64,000 bases of DNA from Candidatus Omnitrophota bacterium (GTDB taxonomy: Bacteria; Omnitrophota; Gorgyraeia; Tantalellales; Tantalellaceae). This document shows, piece by piece, positions 17,691 to 27,770 of the stretch (position 1 is the stretch's first letter; each line of letters starts with the position of its first letter). The notes under the pieces were generated by a model. It saw nothing but the letters and a program-made list of their open reading frames with translations, had not been told where the DNA came from and searched no databases. The stretch lies in assembly GCA_014728075.1 (NCBI GenBank), contig WJMG01000008.1:15229-79228 (forward strand), written 5' to 3'. Position numbers and translations under genes: made by a program.

Positions 17691-18986
17691 ATGATCGAAC
17701 GCTATTCCCGTCCGGAAATGGCGGACATATGGACAGACCGCAACAGGTTCCGGAAAATGCTTGATGTCGAGATACTTGCCTGCGAGGCTTTCGCGGAGCT
17801 GGGAGAGGTGCCCCGGGAAGCGGTCGAGACCATAAAAGAAAAGGCGGATATCGATGTTGACCGGATCAAGGAGATAGAGGAAGTTACCAACCACGATGTG
17901 GTCGCTTTCATAAAGAATGTATCCGAGAATGTAGGCCCCGACGCGAAATATTTTCATTTCGGCCTGACTTCCAGCGATGTGCTTGATACGGGATATTCCG
18001 TCCAGATGACCGAAGCAATGGACCTTCTTATAAAAAGCGCCGAAGAGCTTGTCGAGATCATCCGGGTAAAAGCCCTGGAGCATAAAAACACGCCTATGAT
18101 GGGCCGTTCTCACGGAGTGCATGCCGAACCTATCTCTTTCGGGCTTAAACTGGCTATTTACTATAAAGAGATGCAGCGCAATGTAAAAAGGATGAAGGCG
18201 GCTCGCGGGGAGATCGCCTGCGGTAAGATATCCGGTTCGGTGGGCACTTTCGCCAATGTAGACCCTTTCGTGGAAAAATATGTGTGCGAAAAGCTGGGCC
18301 TCGAGCCGGCGGGGGCCTCGAGCCAGATCATCCAGAGGGACAGGCACGCACATTACCTCAATGTCATAGCAATAACCGGCGCGACTCTTGAAAAGATAGC
18401 CCTTGAGGTGCGGGGTCTGCAGAAAACGGAAATAGGAGAGGTCCAGGAATTTTTCGCCAAAGGCCAGACGGGGTCTTCCAGTATGCCTCACAAGAAGAAC
18501 CCCATAATCTGCGAAAGGTTATGCGGGATGGCAAGGATCTTAAGGTCCAACGCCATGGCCGCCATAGAGAACATAGCGCTCTGGCACGAAAGGGATATCT
18601 CTCATTCCTCGGTAGAACGGGTGATAGTGCCGGATTCTACAATACTCCTGGACTACATGCTCGCGAAGGCCAAACCGCTTGTCGAGAAACTGGTGGTCAA
18701 CGGGGAAAAGATGCTGGAGAACATGGAAGTTTCCAAAGGCCTGGTCTATTCACAGCATGTAATGCTAGAGCTTATAAAAAAGGGAGCGACCCGTATGGAA
18801 GCGTACGATCTCATACAGAAGAACTCACTTGAGGCGTACAAAGGCGAAAAAGAGTTCAGGGAACTTTTGCTCTCGAGCGACGAAATAAAGAAATACATGA
18901 CGGAAGAAGAGATAGAGAAATGCTTCAGCCTGGAGTACCATTTGAGGCATATAGATACGATATTCAAGAATGTGGGCTTGAGCTGA
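17691..18986 (+). CDS. purB: adenylosuccinate lyase
   Basis: 431 aa, fumarate-lyase signature region (GSSSMPHKKNP), N-terminal MIERYSRPEM typical of PurB. Confidence 0.9.
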   Translation: MIERYSRPEMADIWTDRNRFRKMLDVEILACEAFAELGEVPREAVETIKEKADIDVDRIKEIEEVTNHDVVAFIKNVSENVGPDAKYFHFGLTSSDVLDTGYSVQMTEAMDLLIKSAEELVEIIRVKALEHKNTPMMGRSHGVHAEPISFGLKLAIYYKEMQRNVKRMKAARGEIACGKISGSVGTFANVDPFVEKYVCEKLGLEPAGASSQIIQRDRHAHYLNVIAITGATLEKIALEVRGLQKTEIGEVQEFFAKGQTGSSSMPHKKNPIICERLCGMARILRSNAMAAIENIALWHERDISHSSVERVIVPDSTILLDYMLAKAKPLVEKLVVNGEKMLENMEVSKGLVYSQHVMLELIKKGATRMEAYDLIQKNSLEAYKGEKEFRELLLSSDEIKKYMTEEEIEKCFSLEYHLRHIDTIFKNVGLS

Positions 18987-19046
18987 GGCAGCGGGAAAAA
19001 GCAAGGTCTGTCGCTGACCCGGATTAAAAGGAATAAAGGTTTTGGA

Positions 19047-20051
19047 ATGGCGAAGAAGATCACATATAAAAAGGCCGGAGTTGATATAGATAAGGCGGAA
19101 AGCCTGATAAAAGGCGCGAAAAAGATGATCGCCTCAACGAATGTCAAGGGCTCTGTCGGGACGATAGGGGGATTCGGCGGTTTCTTTGACCCGCGAAAGG
19201 CGGGTTTTAAGGACCCTCTTTTTGTTTCGGGGACCGACGGTGTGGGAACAAAGCTCAAGATCGCCCAGATGACCGGAAGACACGGCACCATAGGCATTGA
19301 CCTGGTAGCCATGTGCGTTAACGACATTCTGTGTTCCGGAGCGAAACCGCTTTTCTTCCTTGACTATTACGCTACCGGAAAGCTTTCGGCGAAAGAATGG
19401 AATAGTGTGATGAAAGGGATAGTCAAGGGCTGCAGGCAGGCCGGCTGCGTGCTTCTGGGAGGAGAGACGGCCGAGATGCCCGGGATGTACGGCAAGGGAG
19501 AATACGACCTGGCGGGTTTCGCGGTAGGGGCGGTGGACCGGAAAAAGGTCATTGATGGAAGCAAACTAAAGGCGGGAGATGTGCTGCTGGGGCTTCCTTC
19601 AAGCGGGTTTCATTCCAACGGATATTCCCTGGTGCGCAAGGTATTTTCTAGAGCGAAGATCAAGAAACATCATAAACTTTTTCTGAAACCCACGGTCATA
19701 TACGCGAAGCCGGTAATGGCGCTTTTAGATAAAGTCAGGATCAAGGCAGCCGCGCATATTACGGGCGGCGGCATCTACGATAATATCCCCAGGGTCCTCC
19801 CGGCAAACCTGAAGGCCGTTGTAAAGAAGGGGTCCTGGAGTCTCCCTAAAGTGTTCAGGATGGTAAAAGAGGAGGCGGGGCTTAAGGACCCTGAACTTTA
19901 CCGGACTTTCAATATGGGCATAGGGATGGTATTGGTCCTTTCAGGAAAAGACGCCGAAAGGGCACAAAAAGTTCTGGCGGAAAAATTTAAAATGAAAGCC
20001 CGCGTTATAGGTGAGCTGGTTAAAGGCAAACGCGGAGTGGAGATCATATAG
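19047..20051 (+). CDS. purM: phosphoribosylformylglycinamidine cyclo-ligase (AIR synthetase)
   Basis: TYKKAGVDID, GGFGG, GTDGVGTKL, PurM-like N and C domains. Confidence 0.9.
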   Translation: MAKKITYKKAGVDIDKAESLIKGAKKMIASTNVKGSVGTIGGFGGFFDPRKAGFKDPLFVSGTDGVGTKLKIAQMTGRHGTIGIDLVAMCVNDILCSGAKPLFFLDYYATGKLSAKEWNSVMKGIVKGCRQAGCVLLGGETAEMPGMYGKGEYDLAGFAVGAVDRKKVIDGSKLKAGDVLLGLPSSGFHSNGYSLVRKVFSRAKIKKHHKLFLKPTVIYAKPVMALLDKVRIKAAAHITGGGIYDNIPRVLPANLKAVVKKGSWSLPKVFRMVKEEAGLKDPELYRTFNMGIGMVLVLSGKDAERAQKVLAEKFKMKARVIGELVKGKRGVEII

Positions 20052-20120
20052 CGTACAGGGAACAGCGTACAGCGTACATTCCAGGCCCGCTATACGCTTA
20101 ACGCTAAGAAAGGATGTTAA

Positions 20121-21398
20121 ATGAACATACTGGTCATAGGGTCCGGCGGGAGAGAACACGCCATGTGCTGGAAACTTAAGCAAAGCCCGATGGTAAATGC
20201 GCTTTACTGCGCTCCGGGTAACGGCGGTACCGCCGCGGAGGCGATCAATGTTGAGCTGGACACCGGCGACCACGAAGCGGTAGTCCGGTTCTGTGCCGAA
20301 AAGGAGATAACCCTGGTCGCCGTCGGTCCCGAGCTGCCTCTTTCCAGGGGTATAGCCGATGATCTGGAAAAAGCGGGCGTAAAGGTGTTCGGCCCTTCTT
20401 ACGCCGCCGCCCGCCTGGAATCGAGCAAGATATTCGCCAAGGAGCTCATGGGCAGCAACGGCATCCCTACGGCCGCTTTCAGGATCTTCGAAGATTTTGA
20501 GAAGGCCGAGGAATACATACGGGCCCAAGGGGCCCCCATAGTCGTTAAAGCTTTCGGCCTCGCCGCGGGCAAGGGCGTAGTCGTTGCGGACGATGTGGAG
20601 GAAGCGGTAAGGGCCGCCAGGGAAATGCTGGTGGATGAAAAGTTCGGTTCCGCCGGACAGAAGATAATCGTCGAGGAGTTCCTTACCGGAGAGGAAGCTT
20701 CGATACTCGTCGTGACGGACGGCGAGAACATCCTCCCGCTTGTATCAAGTCAGGACCACAAAAGGGCCGGCGAGGGGGATACGGGTCCCAATACAGGGGG
20801 CATGGGGGCGTATTCACCCGCTCCCGTGGTTGATGAAAAACTGTTCGGGGATGTCATTGAGAACATAGTGAAACCTACCATAAAGGCAATGCGTGAGGAA
20901 GAAAAACCTTATAAAGGTGTTCTTTATGTGGGCATCATGATAACGGACGAAGGCCCTAAGGTGCTGGAGTACAATGTCCGGTTCGGTGACCCCGAAACCC
21001 AGGTCATACTCACCAGGCTTAAAAGCGATCTGGCCGAACTTATGAAAGCCGCGGCGGAAGGCGACATATCAGGAGTAAAGGCCGAATGGGACGATGATGA
21101 GTATGTGTGTGTGGTGCTGGCTTCAGGAGGATATCCGGGGAGCTACGAAAAAGGCAAAGAGATAAGCGGTATAAGGGAGGCGGAAAAAGAAGGCGCGCTG
21201 GTCTTTCACGCGGGAACCGCTCTGCGCGACGGCAGGCTCGTTTCTTCCGGGGGCAGGGTCCTCAATGTAGTCGGTAAAGGCCGCGGGATAAAAGAAGCGG
21301 TGGAGAACACCTACAGGGCCGCCGGCAAAATACATTTTGACGGCATGTATTACAGGAAGGATATAGCCCACAGGGCGGTGGCCAGGACTGCGGCCTGA
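20121..21398 (+). CDS. purD: phosphoribosylamine--glycine ligase
   Basis: MNILVIGSGGREHA, ATP-grasp fold, 425 aa GARS. Confidence 0.9.
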   Translation: MNILVIGSGGREHAMCWKLKQSPMVNALYCAPGNGGTAAEAINVELDTGDHEAVVRFCAEKEITLVAVGPELPLSRGIADDLEKAGVKVFGPSYAAARLESSKIFAKELMGSNGIPTAAFRIFEDFEKAEEYIRAQGAPIVVKAFGLAAGKGVVVADDVEEAVRAAREMLVDEKFGSAGQKIIVEEFLTGEEASILVVTDGENILPLVSSQDHKRAGEGDTGPNTGGMGAYSPAPVVDEKLFGDVIENIVKPTIKAMREEEKPYKGVLYVGIMITDEGPKVLEYNVRFGDPETQVILTRLKSDLAELMKAAAEGDISGVKAEWDDDEYVCVVLASGGYPGSYEKGKEISGIREAEKEGALVFHAGTALRDGRLVSSGGRVLNVVGKGRGIKEAVENTYRAAGKIHFDGMYYRKDIAHRAVARTAA

Positions 21399-21425
21399 AC
21401 AGCGTATAGAGAAGGAGGAAAAAGG

Positions 21426-21932
21426 ATGGCGAAGAAGAAACCTCTGGTAAGCATAGTGATGGGCAGCGATTCGGACCTTCCGGTCATGAAAGAAGCCGCT
21501 TCCGCCCTTGAGAAATTCGGGATAGCCTACGAGATAAAAGTGATGTCCGCTCACCGTACCCCCGACATGAGCGCGGATTTCGCCAGGAACGCGCGGAAAA
21601 AGGGCAGGAAGGTCATAATAGCCGGAGCCGGCGGCGCCGCGCATCTGGCCGGGGTTATCGCCGCGCACACAACGCTTCCTGTGATAGGCGTTCCCATTAC
21701 ATCGGCCCTTGACGGGCTTGATTCGCTGCTTTCCACCGTGCAGATGCCTTCGGGTATACCCGTTGCCACGGTAGCCATAGGCAGGGCCGGCGCGACCAAC
21801 GCCGGCATACTGGCGGCGCAGATAATCGGGACCTCCAGCAAACCCATGGAAAAAAGGTTGAAAGCCCATAAAAGGGAACTGGTGAGGAAGGTGCAGGCGA
21901 AGAACAGAAAACTGGAAAAGCAGCTCGGATGA
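21426..21932 (+). CDS. purE: N5-carboxyaminoimidazole ribonucleotide mutase
   Basis: [34 protein letters not shown] signatures. Confidence 0.9.
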   Translation: MAKKKPLVSIVMGSDSDLPVMKEAASALEKFGIAYEIKVMSAHRTPDMSADFARNARKKGRKVIIAGAGGAAHLAGVIAAHTTLPVIGVPITSALDGLDSLLSTVQMPSGIPVATVAIGRAGATNAGILAAQIIGTSSKPMEKRLKAHKRELVRKVQAKNRKLEKQLG

Positions 21933-22390
21933 AGAACATAAAGAACATTCTGGTGATCTGCACGGGCAACAGCTGCAGGAGCATAATGGCGGAAGCCTAT
22001 ATGAAAAAACGCCTCGCGGAAGAGGGCCTGGACATAAATGTCTTTTCGGCCGGAACGCTGGGCGTCGACGGGATGAAACCCCCGCAAGAAACGGTTAAAA
22101 TGCTGGAGAGTATAGATGTCGATCCCTCGGGGTACGAGTCGACCGCTTTAAGCGCCGCACTCGCGAATAAAGCGGACCTGATACTGGTAATGGAGCCCCA
22201 TCACGCCGAAAGCGTAAAGGACATTTCCCCGGAGAACGCCCACAAAACCGTTTATCTGAAGGAATTCGACAGGGAACCGGGAGATATAAGCATACCCGAC
22301 CCGATAGGCAGGCCTCTTGCGTTTTACAGGGTTTCCTTCGGGATCATAAAGAATTCGGTGGAAGGACTGGTAGAATGGTTAAAAAAATAG
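21929..22390 (+). CDS. low molecular weight protein-tyrosine-phosphatase
   Basis: P-loop [14 protein letters not shown] (CxGNxCRS) and downstream DP motif; ATGA overlap with purE stop. Confidence 0.8.
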   Translation: MKNIKNILVICTGNSCRSIMAEAYMKKRLAEEGLDINVFSAGTLGVDGMKPPQETVKMLESIDVDPSGYESTALSAALANKADLILVMEPHHAESVKDISPENAHKTVYLKEFDREPGDISIPDPIGRPLAFYRVSFGIIKNSVEGLVEWLKK

Positions 22391-22839
22391 CGATAGGCTC
22401 GGACCACGGCGGGTTCAGGCTCAAGGAAAAAATAAAGACCGAACTGGACTCTATGGGGATAAAGATAATGGACGAAGGGCCCGGTACTGAAGATTCCTGT
22501 GATTATCCTCTTTTCGGTTTCGGGGTCGCGGAAAAAGTGGCTTTGCGGAAAGCCGACAGGGGTATAGTTATCTGTACTTCCGGGATAGGCATGTCCATAG
22601 TAGCCAATAAGCTTCCCGGGGTAAGAGCGGCGCTTTGCGCGACGGTAGAGGACGCTGTCTCTTCCAGAGAGCATAACGACGCCAATGTGCTCGTCCTCGG
22701 AGCGAAAAGAGTAACGGGACCAGGGGCCGTGCGGATAGCGAAGGTCTGGCTTGCGACGAAAGCCCTTAAAGGGCGGCACGCCCGCCGTGTAAGGCAGATA
22801 AAGGAGATAGACAAGAGGGTTTTTAAGAAAATGAAATAA
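22375..22839 (+). CDS. rpiB: ribose-5-phosphate isomerase B
   Basis: [24 protein letters not shown] signatures of RpiB/LacAB family; overlaps upstream gene by 16 nt. Confidence 0.85.
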   Translation: MVKKIAIGSDHGGFRLKEKIKTELDSMGIKIMDEGPGTEDSCDYPLFGFGVAEKVALRKADRGIVICTSGIGMSIVANKLPGVRAALCATVEDAVSSREHNDANVLVLGAKRVTGPGAVRIAKVWLATKALKGRHARRVRQIKEIDKRVFKKMK

Positions 22840-22939
22840 AAGGTCCCGGCTCTAAGTTTTCGGGTCACAGGGGATGGTGCTCCCGTGCCGCCGCATGACC
22901 CGGGGCCAGGACCCAAACACCTGAACAAAGGAAGACATC

Positions 22940-23482
22940 ATGAATATCGAACAACTCTGGCAGAAAGCTCAGGAAAGGACCGAAATAATACGAGGGAGGG
23001 TCAAGGGCCTTTCCACTTTCGGGAATACGAAAGTTCCCTATGTTTTTCTGGGGGAATCTTCGGTGAACGAAGGCCATGTGGTCGTCAGAAAGGGACGGAT
23101 CATAATAGAGAAACCGATGATAGTCCTTCCCGAGAACATGCCCCAGTTCGAGGGCTTCGAGTTCGAGGAAGATATAGAAGGCGGGCTGGACGCGGTCCAT
23201 ACTTTTTTCTACATGAGAGGGATAAGGTTCCCTTCCTTAAAGTACAACAACACGGTGGACAGGCTTGAACTGGAGGAGAACAGCCTTTCGAAGAGCATCG
23301 AAAAGCACAAAAGCGCCCTCGAGAAAAAAGAGAATGTCTCGACGGCGCTGATAGTAGGGCCCGAAGACTGCTGGCAGTTCTCGGTGCTCCTGCACATGGC
23401 GGCTCTTATAGGCCGAAGCGCCAAAACGGACATTATTCACCTGCTCGACAGGATCAACGGGGATAAGAACGACGGAAGGTAA
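22940..23482 (+). CDS. hypothetical protein
   Basis: 180 aa ORF in operon context between rpiB and glmS, no domain recognised. Confidence 0.45.
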   Translation: MNIEQLWQKAQERTEIIRGRVKGLSTFGNTKVPYVFLGESSVNEGHVVVRKGRIIIEKPMIVLPENMPQFEGFEFEEDIEGGLDAVHTFFYMRGIRFPSLKYNNTVDRLELEENSLSKSIEKHKSALEKKENVSTALIVGPEDCWQFSVLLHMAALIGRSAKTDIIHLLDRINGDKNDGR

Positions 23483-23487
23483 TATAT

Positions 23488-25344
23488 ATGTGCGGGATAA
23501 TAGGCTACGCCGGCAAAAAGAACGCGGAAAAAATAATAATCAAAGGTCTTTCCAGGCTGGAATACAGGGGATACGATTCCGCCGGGATAGCGGTTCTCGA
23601 GAAAGGAGACCTCCACATCAGGAAGAAGCAGGGAAAACTTTCCGTGCTCGCCGATGAACTGAAAAGAGCGCCCCTGAAGGGCGTAACGGGGATAGGCCAT
23701 ACCAGATGGGCCACGCACGGTATACCCAGCGACATAAACGCGCATCCGCATCCTTCCGGCAGCGAGGACATCGCGGTGGTCCACAACGGGATCATCGAAA
23801 ATTACCGCGAAATAAAGAAACACCTTCAGAACAAGGGGTATCTTTTCCGGTCGGACACCGACAGCGAGGTCATAGCCCACCTGGTTTCGGACAATTACAA
23901 GGGAGACCTTTACCTCGCCGTGAAAGGGGCGGTAAAAAAGATCAGGGGCTCTTACGCTTTTGCCGTTGTCCACAGGGACGAGCCGGGCAGGATAGTGGGG
24001 TCCCGGATGGACGCCCCCCTCATAGCCGGCGTAGGCAAGGGCGAGAATTTCGTAGCGAGCGATATACCCGCTATACTCGATCATACGAAAAAGGTCATAT
24101 ATCTCGAGAACGGGGACATCGTGGACCTTTCCAGCCAGGACCTCAAGGTCTTCGACAGGACCGGACGGAAGGCCAGGCGGAAAAAGGATACTATCACCTG
24201 GGACATCTCGCAGGCGGAAAAGAAAGGCTATAAACACTTCATGCTCAAAGAGATCTTCGAGCAGCCCGATGTCATGAGGGATATAATAAATACCAGGCTC
24301 AAGAAAGAAAAGGTGGTTTTCCAGGAGCTTTCGATAAAGAAAAAAGACCTCGCTAAAATAAAGAACATCGCCATAGTGGCCTGCGGGACCGCCTATCACG
24401 CCGGACTTACCGCTAAGTACATGATAGAAAAACACACCGGAATACCCGTTTGGGTGGATACCTCGAGCGAATTCAGGTACAGGGACCCGCTTGTGGATAA
24501 AAAGACCCTTACGGTAGTGATCTCTCAGTCCGGAGAGACGGCCGATACGCTGGCGGCGCTGCGCGAGGCGAGAAAGAAAGGATCTTCGGTGCTGGCGGTC
24601 TGTAATGTTGTAGGAAGTTCCATCGCCAGGGAATCCGACGGCGTCGTCTACACTCACGCCGGGCCCGAGATAGCCGTCGCCTCGACGAAAGCGTATGTCG
24701 CGCAGCTCACGAGCCTGTATCTGCTTACCATATACCTGGCGGAGGCCAAAGGCGCCAAAAAGGCCGATACGGACGCTCTTGTGAAACAACTGAAAAAACT
24801 GCCCGCCGAAGCTGACAGGCTTCTTGACGGGTACAGGTCGAAAAAGAACCCGATAGCGAAATACGCGGAAGAATTCCACAAATATTATCTCGCCAGGCAT
24901 AACAAGAGCTGTTTTCTGTACCTGGCGCGAAATATAAACTTTCCGAACGCTCTCGAGGGCGCCCTGAAACTGAAAGAGATATCTTACATAAGCGCGGAAG
25001 GATATCCGGCGGGTGAAATGAAGCACGGCCCTATAGCGCTCATTGACGAGAATCCCTGGGTAGTGTGTATCGCGGTGCGGTCGGCTACATATGAAAAAAT
25101 GATCTCGAACATACAGGAGATCCGGGCGAGGGGAGGGATCGTAATAGCCATAGTTTCCGAAGGCGACAGGGAAATAAAAGGAACTAAAGCGAAATATGTT
25201 ATAGAGATACCGGATGTGCCCGAGGTTTTTTCGCCGGCTCTGGTGGTGATCCCCCTGCAGCTTCTGGCTTATTATGTAGCGGCTGAATTCGGCTACGATA
25301 TCGACCAGCCGAGGAACCTGGCGAAATCGGTTACGGTGGAGTAG
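23488..25344 (+). CDS. glmS: glutamine--fructose-6-phosphate aminotransferase
   Basis: MCGIIGY Ntn glutaminase start, two SIS domains, C-terminal ...AKSVTVE; 618 aa. Confidence 0.95.
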   Translation: MCGIIGYAGKKNAEKIIIKGLSRLEYRGYDSAGIAVLEKGDLHIRKKQGKLSVLADELKRAPLKGVTGIGHTRWATHGIPSDINAHPHPSGSEDIAVVHNGIIENYREIKKHLQNKGYLFRSDTDSEVIAHLVSDNYKGDLYLAVKGAVKKIRGSYAFAVVHRDEPGRIVGSRMDAPLIAGVGKGENFVASDIPAILDHTKKVIYLENGDIVDLSSQDLKVFDRTGRKARRKKDTITWDISQAEKKGYKHFMLKEIFEQPDVMRDIINTRLKKEKVVFQELSIKKKDLAKIKNIAIVACGTAYHAGLTAKYMIEKHTGIPVWVDTSSEFRYRDPLVDKKTLTVVISQSGETADTLAALREARKKGSSVLAVCNVVGSSIARESDGVVYTHAGPEIAVASTKAYVAQLTSLYLLTIYLAEAKGAKKADTDALVKQLKKLPAEADRLLDGYRSKKNPIAKYAEEFHKYYLARHNKSCFLYLARNINFPNALEGALKLKEISYISAEGYPAGEMKHGPIALIDENPWVVCIAVRSATYEKMISNIQEIRARGGIVIAIVSEGDREIKGTKAKYVIEIPDVPEVFSPALVVIPLQLLAYYVAAEFGYDIDQPRNLAKSVTVE

Positions 25345-25558
25345 CAAATAAGTTTTATTTTTACGGGGTTCCCGCTTTCGCCAACCCCCTCTGGGTCGGC
25401 ACTTTCTCGGACTCTGTGGTCCTCGGTCGCGCGGGAATGACAAATTTTATTTATAAACCAGAAAAATAAAAGATGTCATCCCCGACAAAGTCCTCGAAAG
25501 TTCACTGAACTTGAGAGGCAAAGGTCCTGAGCGGGGACCAAATAAAAGTAGGCGGCTA

Positions 25559-26224
25559 ATGGCAAGCGGAACTTTATACATAGTAAGCACCCCGATAGGC
25601 AACCTGGAGGACATGACATTCCGGGCGGTGAGGGTGCTCAAGGAAGCGGACCTGATAGCGGCGGAAGATACCAGAAGGTCCTCAAAGCTCTTTGACCATT
25701 ACGGGATCAATAACAGGGTCACAAGTTTTCATTCTCATAATATCAGGGCCCGTATACCCGCGCTTATTGCCGAACTCGAAAAGGGTAAGGATGTGGCCCT
25801 GGTCTCGGATTCGGGCACGCCTGGCATCTCCGATCCGGGGAGCGTGCTCGTAAAGGAATGCGTCGATAAGGGGATGGATGTGAAAGCGGTGCCGGGCCCG
25901 ACCGCGGCTATCGCCGCGCTGGTAGTTTCCGGGAAACCCACGCACAAATTCCTTTTCGAGGGCTTTCTTTCCAACAAGAAAGGCAAAAGGCGGAGGCAGA
26001 TCGAGGCGTTGAAGGAGGAGGAAAGGACAGTAATAGTTTACGAATCCCCCCACAGGATAATAAAGTTCCTTGAGGATTTCAGGGATATCTGCGGGGAGCG
26101 GGAGCTGGCGGTGGCCAGGGAGCTTACAAAGAAGTTCGAGGAGGTCGTCAGAGGCACGGCGACCGAACTTACGGAACACTTCGGGCGAAAACAGCCAAGG
26201 GGTGAATTTATAGTGGTCTTTTAG
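25559..26224 (+). CDS. rsmI: 16S rRNA (cytidine1402-2'-O)-methyltransferase
   Basis: LYIVSTPIGNLEDMTFRAV, AAEDTRRS tetrapyrrole-methylase-fold signatures. Confidence 0.85.
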   Translation: MASGTLYIVSTPIGNLEDMTFRAVRVLKEADLIAAEDTRRSSKLFDHYGINNRVTSFHSHNIRARIPALIAELEKGKDVALVSDSGTPGISDPGSVLVKECVDKGMDVKAVPGPTAAIAALVVSGKPTHKFLFEGFLSNKKGKRRRQIEALKEEERTVIVYESPHRIIKFLEDFRDICGERELAVARELTKKFEEVVRGTATELTEHFGRKQPRGEFIVVF

Positions 26225-26317
26225 GTGAGAGATAAAGGTTCCGCGTTACGCAGGGCGCGATGCGCGGCACGGACTGTCAGAGGCGGGTGGTCCCGCCGTG
26301 ATAAAAAGGAGAAGAAG

Positions 26318-26815
26318 ATGGACCAGCAGACATTGGTTTTGATCAAGCCCGACGGGCTGAAAAAGTCCCTGACGGGTAATGTCCTGACGAGGCTTTCCGA
26401 AACAAAACTCGAGATAATCGGCGCCAGAATGGTGAGGGTGACGAGGGAGCTTGCCGAGGAACATTACAAGGAACTCAAGGACAAGCCTTTTTTCGAGGAG
26501 CTCATAAAATACATAATGGGAGAATACCACAAGAAAAAAGTGATGGCCCTGGTTTACTGGGGGGATAACGCGATAGATAAGGTCCGGGAGATATGCGGAA
26601 CGACCAACCCGGAAGAAGCCGATTCCGTTTCCATAAGGGGGGCCTACGGCAGGATAACGACCGCCGGCGTCTATGAAAATGTCATACACGCCTCGGCTAA
26701 CGACTCGGATGCCGAGAGGGAGATAAAGCTCTGGTTCACCCCGGAGGAGATAATATTCGATATTTATCCTACAAAAGAAGAAGAAAAATGCGCGGTCCGC
26801 AGGGTATGGGCCTGA
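26318..26815 (+). CDS. ndk: nucleoside diphosphate kinase (divergent)
   Basis: TLVLIKPDG, HY..H.KPFF, N.IHASAN (vs NxxHGSDS) motif; start at ATG 26318 after AAAAAGGAG RBS (ORF open from 26225). Confidence 0.7.
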   Translation: MDQQTLVLIKPDGLKKSLTGNVLTRLSETKLEIIGARMVRVTRELAEEHYKELKDKPFFEELIKYIMGEYHKKKVMALVYWGDNAIDKVREICGTTNPEEADSVSIRGAYGRITTAGVYENVIHASANDSDAEREIKLWFTPEEIIFDIYPTKEEEKCAVRRVWA

Positions 26816-26837
26816 ATAAAAACGGAGGGAATGCGGT

Positions 26838-27722
26838 ATGATAAGATCTATGACCGGTTTCGGGAAAGCCTCTGAAAAAAGCCCTTACGGAAAGATAACG
26901 GCCGAGGTCAAGACGCTCAACCATAAAAGCCTGAGTGTCAATTGCGCGCCGTTCAACGGGTTTTTCCTGCTCGAGGAAAAGGTCAAGGGAGTACTTGAGC
27001 AAAAACTTTCCAGGGGTAAGGTGTTCGTGAAAATAACCAGGGAGAATATGCCCGGGCAATCCGGTCACGGGAATATACGGGTTAACGAGGACGCGGCGGA
27101 GGAATATCTGAAAAAGATCAGAAAGATGCAGAGGAAACTCAAACTGCCCGGTGATGTCACGGTAAACGATGTGATCCACCTGTCGGGTGTAGTGGAGGTC
27201 TCTTCGGAAAAAAAAGAGGATAAACTCTGGCCGTACATGAAAAAGGCGCTTGCCGCCGCGGTAAAGAAGCTTGTGGATTTCCGGAAAAAGGAAGGAAAGC
27301 GGCTGGCGGCCGATTTTAAAAGGCGCCTGACCCGTATAGGAAAAAAGGTCAGGGAGGTCAAGAAATACGAGAAACAGTGCGTAGCCGATTACCGTGCCCG
27401 TCTTGACGCTTCCATAAAGGACATCGCGCCCCGGGCGGAACTGGATAAGGGCAGACTGGAAGCCGAGGTCGCGCTTTTCGCGAGGAACTGCGATATAGCC
27501 GAAGAGATAACCCGGCTCGAAGGGCATGTGACGGCCTTCCGGGAAGTGCTCACAAGGTCCGAATCAGAGGCGGGGAAGAAGCTGGATTTCATGGCGCAGG
27601 AAATGCAGAGAGAGGCGAACACCATAGGCTCGAAATCGAGCGATTTCCGTATCTCGGAATGTGTTATAGAGCTCAAGAGCCAGATAGAGAAAATACGGGA
27701 ACAGATAAGGAATGTTGAATAA
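26838..27722 (+). CDS. yicC: YicC/YloC family stress-induced protein
   Basis: MIRSMTGFG start and DUF1732 C-terminal region; conserved position upstream of gmk. Confidence 0.8.
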   Translation: MIRSMTGFGKASEKSPYGKITAEVKTLNHKSLSVNCAPFNGFFLLEEKVKGVLEQKLSRGKVFVKITRENMPGQSGHGNIRVNEDAAEEYLKKIRKMQRKLKLPGDVTVNDVIHLSGVVEVSSEKKEDKLWPYMKKALAAAVKKLVDFRKKEGKRLAADFKRRLTRIGKKVREVKKYEKQCVADYRARLDASIKDIAPRAELDKGRLEAEVALFARNCDIAEEITRLEGHVTAFREVLTRSESEAGKKLDFMAQEMQREANTIGSKSSDFRISECVIELKSQIEKIREQIRNVE

Positions 27723-27743
27723 GGGATATCGGGTGGTAAGGAT

Positions 27744-27770
27744 AAAGGGTGAAAGGGTGAAAGGGTGAAA
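27744..27770. repeat. (AGGGTGAA)3 tandem repeat overlapping the gmk start
   Basis: aagggtgaaagggtgaaagggtgaaaag; same repeat word in reverse orientation at 9446-9475. Confidence 0.8.

Noticed and set aside
23706-24233. 175-aa + strand ORF in an alternate frame inside glmS
   Set aside because: It is Arg/Gly/Pro-rich low-complexity sequence nested within a well-supported gene. No RBS and no homology signal.
23437-25443. 668-aa ORF on the - strand
   Set aside because: It lies entirely antisense to glmS, which has unmistakable homology. The sequence is Arg/Pro/Gly-rich, typical of a GC-rich shadow frame. The same reasoning rejects the - strand ORFs at 38-685, 2259-3185, 4121-4717, 5385-6008, 17595-18491, 19941-20528, 21123-21869, 26769-27527, 27564-28340, 41418-42404, 43191-44168, 47123-47869, 48646-49338, 49206-50441, 50641-51333, 56611-57303 and 62957-63679.
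27744-27770. RNase P RNA fragment (GGGTGAAA core)
   Set aside because: The match is just a tandem (AGGGTGAA)3 repeat at the gmk start. No other P RNA conserved regions (GGAAAGTCCGG etc.) are present anywhere in the window.
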